A DNA stretch of 64,000 bases from an uncultured Actinomycetes bacterium (lineage in GTDB: Bacteria; Actinomycetota; UBA4738; HRBIN12), in the NCBI GenBank assembly GCA_963762075.1, contig CAVXJC010000006.1, positions 503,943-567,942 on the forward strand. Reading direction: 5' to 3'. Below are positions 59,397-64,000 of the stretch, in pieces. A program made the translations under genes and the position numbers. Positions within the stretch are counted from its first letter, which is position 1. Each line of letters opens with the position of its first letter. The notes below the pieces were generated by a model, which saw nothing but the letters and a program-made list of their open reading frames with translations, searched no databases and had not been told where the DNA came from.

Positions 59397-59864
59397 CTAG
59401 GCGACCGCGACCTCGGCGAGTTGCAGCGCCTCGGTCAGATCGACTCGCTCGACCTTGGTCGCGAGGCAGAAGGTGCCGATCACACGGTCGAGCGCATCGT
59501 GCGTCGGCGCGACCCGGCATCGAACGGTGGCACGGGCTCCCTCGAGCGTGAACGCGGCGGTCTCGCCGTTGAGGGCCGCGATGTGCGCGTCGAGCAACGC
59601 GAGGTTCGGGCCTTCCATGCCGAAGACCGCGATCAGGTCACGGCCCTCGACCTTCGAGCGTGGCATGCCCACGACCTCAGACGCCGCGCCGGTCACCGTG
59701 CGCACTCGAAGCGCTGTGTCGGTGCTCCAGAAGAACACCGGCCGCCCTTCCGTTGCCGCTTCCATCGTCGCCGCATTCGAGAATCGCGAGTGCGGAGGCG
59801 GAGGCGGAGGTGCTTGGGGGATCGGAACCGTGTCGGTGATGCCGATCAATTCCCACTGTCGCAT
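59397..59864 (-). CDS. Hypothetical protein
   Basis: ORF with a Pro-rich linker; start uncertain. Confidence 0.35.
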   Translation of the reverse strand: MRQWELIGITDTVPIPQAPPPPPPHSRFSNAATMEAATEGRPVFFWSTDTALRVRTVTGAASEVVGMPRSKVEGRDLIAVFGMEGPNLALLDAHIAALNGETAAFTLEGARATVRCRVAPTHDALDRVIGTFCLATKVERVDLTEALQLAEVAVA

Positions 59865-60045
59865 CGATCTCACCCCTCCCGAGGTTTGGGGACGCTTCGT
59901 TACCTTGTTTCGGGTAGCGCAGGGGTGTTTCCGCATAGGACCTTCGACGGTTCTTCGCGCACCCGCCGAAAGACCTAGGTGACGCCCATACGATGCATCC
60001 GTCCAGCGCTAGGACACTCGCTGGTCTTGAGTGCGGGTCGTCGCG

Positions 60046-60133
60046 CTTCGCTACGTGAGCGCTGGTCGTCGTGCTATCGCTTCGCTACGTGAGCGCTGGT
60101 CGTCGTGCTATCGCTTCGCTACGTGAGCGCTTT
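60046..60133. repeat. 34-bp direct tandem repeat (about 2.6 copies) duplicating the 3' terminus and stop of the adjacent oxidoreductase gene
   Basis: GCTTCGCTACGTGAGCGCTGGTCGTCGTGCTATC x2, followed by a diverged partial copy that forms the real gene end. Confidence 0.8.
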
Positions 60134-61738
60134 GTCGCGCACGATCTCGCGGACGCAGTGGTGCCCGGGAAGGCCCGTGACGCCGCCACCCGCGTGGGTC
60201 GCGCTCGAGGCCTGGTACAGGCCCGCGATCGGCGTTCGGTAATCCCCGTAGCCAACCGCCGGCCTCATGTGGAAGAGCTGATCCACCGTCAGCTCCCCGT
60301 GGAAGATGTTGCCACCGATCAGGTCCCATCCCTGTTGCATCTGCTTGGGCCCGATCACCTGGCGCGCGAGCACTGAGTCCTTGAATCCTGGAGCAGCATC
60401 GTCCATACGATCGATCAACCGGTCGGCATACGCATCGAGGTCCGCCGAGTGATCGTCCTCGTCGTCGGCCCAATCGGCCGGCACCCATTGCGTGAACATC
60501 GACACGGTGTGGATGCCTTCGGGCGCGAGGGTCGTGTCGACCACGGTGGGGATCTCTGTGTCGCTGAACGGGATCGTGGCTGCCCGGCCTGCCCGCGCTT
60601 CCTGGAACGCTTGCTCGAGCTGCTCGTTGTCGTCGAGCAGCTCGATCGCCCCACCATGGATCTCGGGGTCGAAGTCGGGATTCGCGGTGAAGGTCGGCAG
60701 GCGATCGATCGCGAGGTTCACCTTCACGGTGCCGCTGCGCGTCTTCCAGTGCTCGATGTCGTGCACGAAGGAGTCGGGAAGCTCGCTCCGCTCGAGCTGC
60801 TGCAGGAAGGTGATCTTGGGATGGCATGCGGTCACCACCAGCGGTGCGTGGATCTCCTCGCCGCCGTCGAGCACCACGCCGGTCGCACGGCCGTTCGAGG
60901 TCGAGATCCTCGCCACGGGAGCGTTCACTCGCACCTCCGCGCCGAAGAACTTCGCGCTCTGCTCGCATGCGGTGGCGACGGCGCCCATGCCGCCCTCCAT
61001 GAAGCCCCACGACGCGACCTCGCCATCGCCGATGTCGCCCACGGAGTGATGCATCAGCACGTACGCGGTGCCGGGAGCATCGGGGCCTGCCCACGTGCCG
61101 ATGATGCCGTTGACCGCCATGAAGCCCTTCATCTGGGGCGATTCGAACCACCGTTCGAGCAGGTCGGTCGCGCTCATCGTGAACAGGCGCGTGATGTCGG
61201 CGACGGTCGCCTCGTCGACGTGCTTGCGCAGCTTCCAGCCGAGCGTGCCCAAGTTCCAGAGGTCTCGAACCTTCTTCGACCCCACGTGCGGCGGCGTCTC
61301 CATGAGCAGTGGTCCGAGGATGCCGGCGATGCGACCGATCCAGCCGTAGAACTCGAAGTAGGCGTCGGCGTCGTGCTTCGACACCTGGGCGATGGAATCG
61401 CGCGTGATCTGCTCGTCCGTGTGCTGAATGATCGAGCGGCCGTCACGCATCGGCATGTACCCCTGGCCGAGTGGAAGCAGCTTGAAGCCGAACCGTTCCA
61501 ACTGTAGGTCGCGCCGGACGCTCGGCGGCATGAGCGACATCGTGTACGAGAGGGTGTTGACCTTGACGCCTGGGTACTCGTCGGGCCACGGCTCCATCGT
61601 GTCGGCCGCACCTCCGGTCTTGTGCCGCTTCTCGAGCACCACCGTGCGGGCGCCTCGCTTCGCCAGGTAGGCGGCAGCGACCAGACCGTTGTGACCACCG
61701 CCGATCACGATCGCGTCGTAGTGGTTCGCGTTGCTCAT
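60119..61738 (-). CDS. Phytoene-desaturase-family NAD(P)/FAD-dependent oxidoreductase (CrtI-like)
   Basis: YDAIVIGGGHNGLVAAAYLA dinucleotide motif; about 540 aa. Confidence 0.75.
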   Translation of the reverse strand: MSNANHYDAIVIGGGHNGLVAAAYLAKRGARTVVLEKRHKTGGAADTMEPWPDEYPGVKVNTLSYTMSLMPPSVRRDLQLERFGFKLLPLGQGYMPMRDGRSIIQHTDEQITRDSIAQVSKHDADAYFEFYGWIGRIAGILGPLLMETPPHVGSKKVRDLWNLGTLGWKLRKHVDEATVADITRLFTMSATDLLERWFESPQMKGFMAVNGIIGTWAGPDAPGTAYVLMHHSVGDIGDGEVASWGFMEGGMGAVATACEQSAKFFGAEVRVNAPVARISTSNGRATGVVLDGGEEIHAPLVVTACHPKITFLQQLERSELPDSFVHDIEHWKTRSGTVKVNLAIDRLPTFTANPDFDPEIHGGAIELLDDNEQLEQAFQEARAGRAATIPFSDTEIPTVVDTTLAPEGIHTVSMFTQWVPADWADDEDDHSADLDAYADRLIDRMDDAAPGFKDSVLARQVIGPKQMQQGWDLIGGNIFHGELTVDQLFHMRPAVGYGDYRTPIAGLYQASSATHAGGGVTGLPGHHCVREIVRDKALT

Positions 61739-61910
61739 GAGTTTGAATCTCCATTCAATCTCTGGACCGGCGGAGCGTACACCCAGGACGGCCGGGCTGG
61801 GTAGCGGCCCGAACAGAACCGCCCCGCGTAACGGATGAGGGCCAACCTGAGACCATAGGTTCGAAGACCGTACGTGCCCGCTTCCTCTTCGATCAGGAGG
61901 TTCGATCGAC

Positions 61911-62426
61911 ATGCACGAGCTCGCAACGTTCGGCGCCGGGTGTTTCTGGGGTGTCGAGTGGGTGTTCCGTCAGGTGCCAGGTGTCATCGAAGCCGTCTCG
62001 GGCTACTCGGGTGGCACCGTCGAGGACCCCGGCTATCGGCTCGTCTGCACCGGGACCACCGGGCACGCAGAGGTCGTACAGGTCGAGTTCGACCCCGCGA
62101 TCGTCAGCTACGAGCAGCTTCTCGAGGTGTTCTGGGCGATGCATGACCCCACTCAGCGCGATCGCCAAGGCCCCGACGTGGGCTCGCAGTACCGGAGCGC
62201 GATATTCACGCACTCCCCCGAGCAGCGGGTCGCGGCCACAGCATCGCGTGATCGCGCGCAGGCGAGCTTCGATCGGCCGATCGCGACAGAGATCTCCGAT
62301 GCCGGCGCCTTCTACCCCGCCGAGGCCTACCACCAGCGCTACTACGAGCAGACGGGCCACCAGCCCTACTGTCACGTGCTGCCGACCGGTGTGCTCGAGC
62401 GTCTCGGCCTGGTGCGGAGCGCCTGA
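61911..62426 (+). CDS. msrA: Peptide methionine sulfoxide reductase A
   Basis: GAGCFWGVE active site. Confidence 0.95.
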   Translation: MHELATFGAGCFWGVEWVFRQVPGVIEAVSGYSGGTVEDPGYRLVCTGTTGHAEVVQVEFDPAIVSYEQLLEVFWAMHDPTQRDRQGPDVGSQYRSAIFTHSPEQRVAATASRDRAQASFDRPIATEISDAGAFYPAEAYHQRYYEQTGHQPYCHVLPTGVLERLGLVRSA

Positions 62427-62434
62427 GGACCTTC

Positions 62435-63133
62435 TCAGCCGTCGCGGAAGCCGATGTGCTTGTGGCTCCCGTCGCAGAGCGGCTTGGTGCGGGAATGACC
62501 GCATCGGCAGAGGGTGACCCGGTTGCGCACCTCGTAGGTCTCGCCGTCGGCGGCGGTGATCTCGATGCCTCCGCGGACCCACAGCGGTCCGTCGCGAACA
62601 ACCCCGATGCTGACCGGCAGCGCAGGCTCGAGTAGCTCTGCATCGGCGTCGGGCTTCATCTCGAGGGCGCCCGACGGGCAGAGCCTGACCATCTGCATCA
62701 ACCGCTCGCGCACGGCCGGGTCGTCAGCCTCGCGAGCCATGCGCCGCCAGTTCGTGAACCGATCGCCGCAGTAACCGGCATGCTCACAGGTGGCCAGATC
62801 GAAGCTCACCGTGCCTTCACCGGCGGGAAATTCCATGCGCCGTTCGGCGATCTCGCCGCGATCGGCCGTCTCGGTTCCGTCGAACCCATTCGTCTTGTGG
62901 CTGCCGTCGCAGAACGGCTTGTCGTTCGACCCTCCGCAGCGGCAGAGGGCGTAGCGCCCATCGGAGTGGTCGAGCGGCTCATCGGGCACCCAGCCCACCG
63001 GTTCGCCGAACTCGGTCTCGACCTGCGCGGTGCGGCCCAGCGGCAGATCGCCGCGAACGAGATACGGCCCATTCGGGCGCACGCGGATCCCCGGCAAGTC
63101 GTCGTCGGCATCGGCGGTGGGCATGCCGCCCAT
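62435..63133 (-). CDS. Protein with two CDGSH-type iron-sulfur domains
   Basis: CRCGGSNDKPFCDGSHK and CRCGHSRTKPLCDGSHK. Confidence 0.75.
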   Translation of the reverse strand: MGGMPTADADDDLPGIRVRPNGPYLVRGDLPLGRTAQVETEFGEPVGWVPDEPLDHSDGRYALCRCGGSNDKPFCDGSHKTNGFDGTETADRGEIAERRMEFPAGEGTVSFDLATCEHAGYCGDRFTNWRRMAREADDPAVRERLMQMVRLCPSGALEMKPDADAELLEPALPVSIGVVRDGPLWVRGGIEITAADGETYEVRNRVTLCRCGHSRTKPLCDGSHKHIGFRDG

Positions 63134-63212
63134 GCTCGCTGCATACGGCGCGCCTGTCACGTGTCCGACCAACACCACCGAGTGTGCCGAAGGGTGTAGC
63201 ATTCTCGAACGC

Positions 63213-64000
63213 ATGTTCGATGACGACCTGAACGAGGCCCAGCTCGAAGCGGTCAGGCACGGAGGAGGACCGCTGCTGATCGTGGCCGGCGCCGGCACGG
63301 GCAAGACGACGACGCTCGCATCGCGGGTGGCGTGGTTGCTGGGTGAGGGTGTGCGGCCCGAGCGCCTCTTGCTGCTCACCTTCAGCCGGCGCGCAGCTCG
63401 AGAGATGACCTCGAGGGCCGAACGCCTCGCCGGTGCTCTTGACGTGAGCATCGACGCTTCACGCATATGGAGTGGCACCTTCCACGCAGTCGCGAATCGG
63501 CTGCTGCGGTTGCACGGACGGGCCCTCGGCCTCACGCCCGACTTCACCGTGCTCGATCAGGCCGATGCTGCCGACGTGATGAACCTGCTTCGCGACGAGC
63601 TCGGGCTCAGTGGAAGGGAGCGACGCTTCCCTCGAAAGGAGACCCTCGCCAACATCTACTCCCGAACCGTGAACGCGGGCGAGAAGCTCGTCGACGTGCT
63701 GAAGCGGCACTTCCCGTGGTGCCTCGACGAGGCCGAGGGCATCAGGGAGATCTTCGGCGCGTATTCCGAACGGAAGCGGGCACAGCACGTGCTCGACTAC
63801 GACGACCTGCTGCTGTTCTGGAAGGCGCTCGCGACCTCGCCGGCGACGCGCGCACAGCTCGCCGAGATGTTCGAGCACGTGCTCGTCGACGAATACCAGG
63901 ACACGAACGCGCTGCAGGCAGACATCCTCGAGGGAATGCGACCCGAGGGCACGCCGCAGAACCTGACGGTCGTCGGCGACGATGCGCAGGCGATCTACGG
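63213..64000 (+). CDS. UvrD/PcrA/Rep-family ATP-dependent DNA helicase, N-terminal part (continues beyond the window)
   Basis: Walker A AGAGTGKTTTL, motif Ia, DEYQDTN motif II. Confidence 0.85.
   Translation, partial: MFDDDLNEAQLEAVRHGGGPLLIVAGAGTGKTTTLASRVAWLLGEGVRPERLLLLTFSRRAAREMTSRAERLAGALDVSIDASRIWSGTFHAVANRLLRLHGRALGLTPDFTVLDQADAADVMNLLRDELGLSGRERRFPRKETLANIYSRTVNAGEKLVDVLKRHFPWCLDEAEGIREIFGAYSERKRAQHVLDYDDLLLFWKALATSPATRAQLAEMFEHVLVDEYQDTNALQADILEGMRPEGTPQNLTVVGDDAQAIY

Noticed and set aside
60046-60133. Tandem repeat considered as a CRISPR array
   Set aside because: It has only ~2.6 directly abutting copies with no spacers, the units are not palindromic, and there are no cas genes.

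Overview
This is a high-GC (about 70%), gene-dense chromosomal segment that looks actinobacterial, judging by gene content such as an MshD-like mycothiol synthase, an Eis-like GNAT, LMW-PTP ArsC, the ask-asd pair and a FAR of AcrA1 type. Most of it is housekeeping: ask/asd, recR-dnaX with the SRP RNA upstream, leuCD with an IclR regulator, tadA, pncB, a hemA-C-D-B-L operon, msrA, bcp, three tRNA-Ser, one tRNA-Arg, and the start of a UvrD-like helicase. Several accessory-looking blocks sit among these genes. The most unusual is a 10.5-kb co-directional minus-strand array at 888-11355. It has a fatty-acyl-CoA reductase fused to a HAD-IB phosphatase, a Zn-ADH, an orphan LarA-like (DUF2088) protein, a PlsC acyltransferase, a TetR regulator, and a 1237-aa class-III adenylate cyclase / AAA ATPase / helical / family-5 solute-binding-domain fusion. 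I read this as a candidate uncharacterised cAMP-linked lipid (fatty alcohol, wax or ether-type) pathway. Other notable items are a 1467-aa secreted protein built from about 13 tandem Ig-like repeats, an asd gene broken by two frameshifts with an unknown membrane protein inserted between ask and asd, an ECF sigma / DUF4349 pair with an apparent frame discontinuity, an arsR-arsM-arsC operon with operator palindromes, a standalone cNMP-binding protein between two tRNA-Ser genes, and a 34-bp tandem duplication of a gene terminus. I found no transposase, integrase or CRISPR array. Many long ORFs in the six-frame track are antisense artefacts of the high GC content and were not called.
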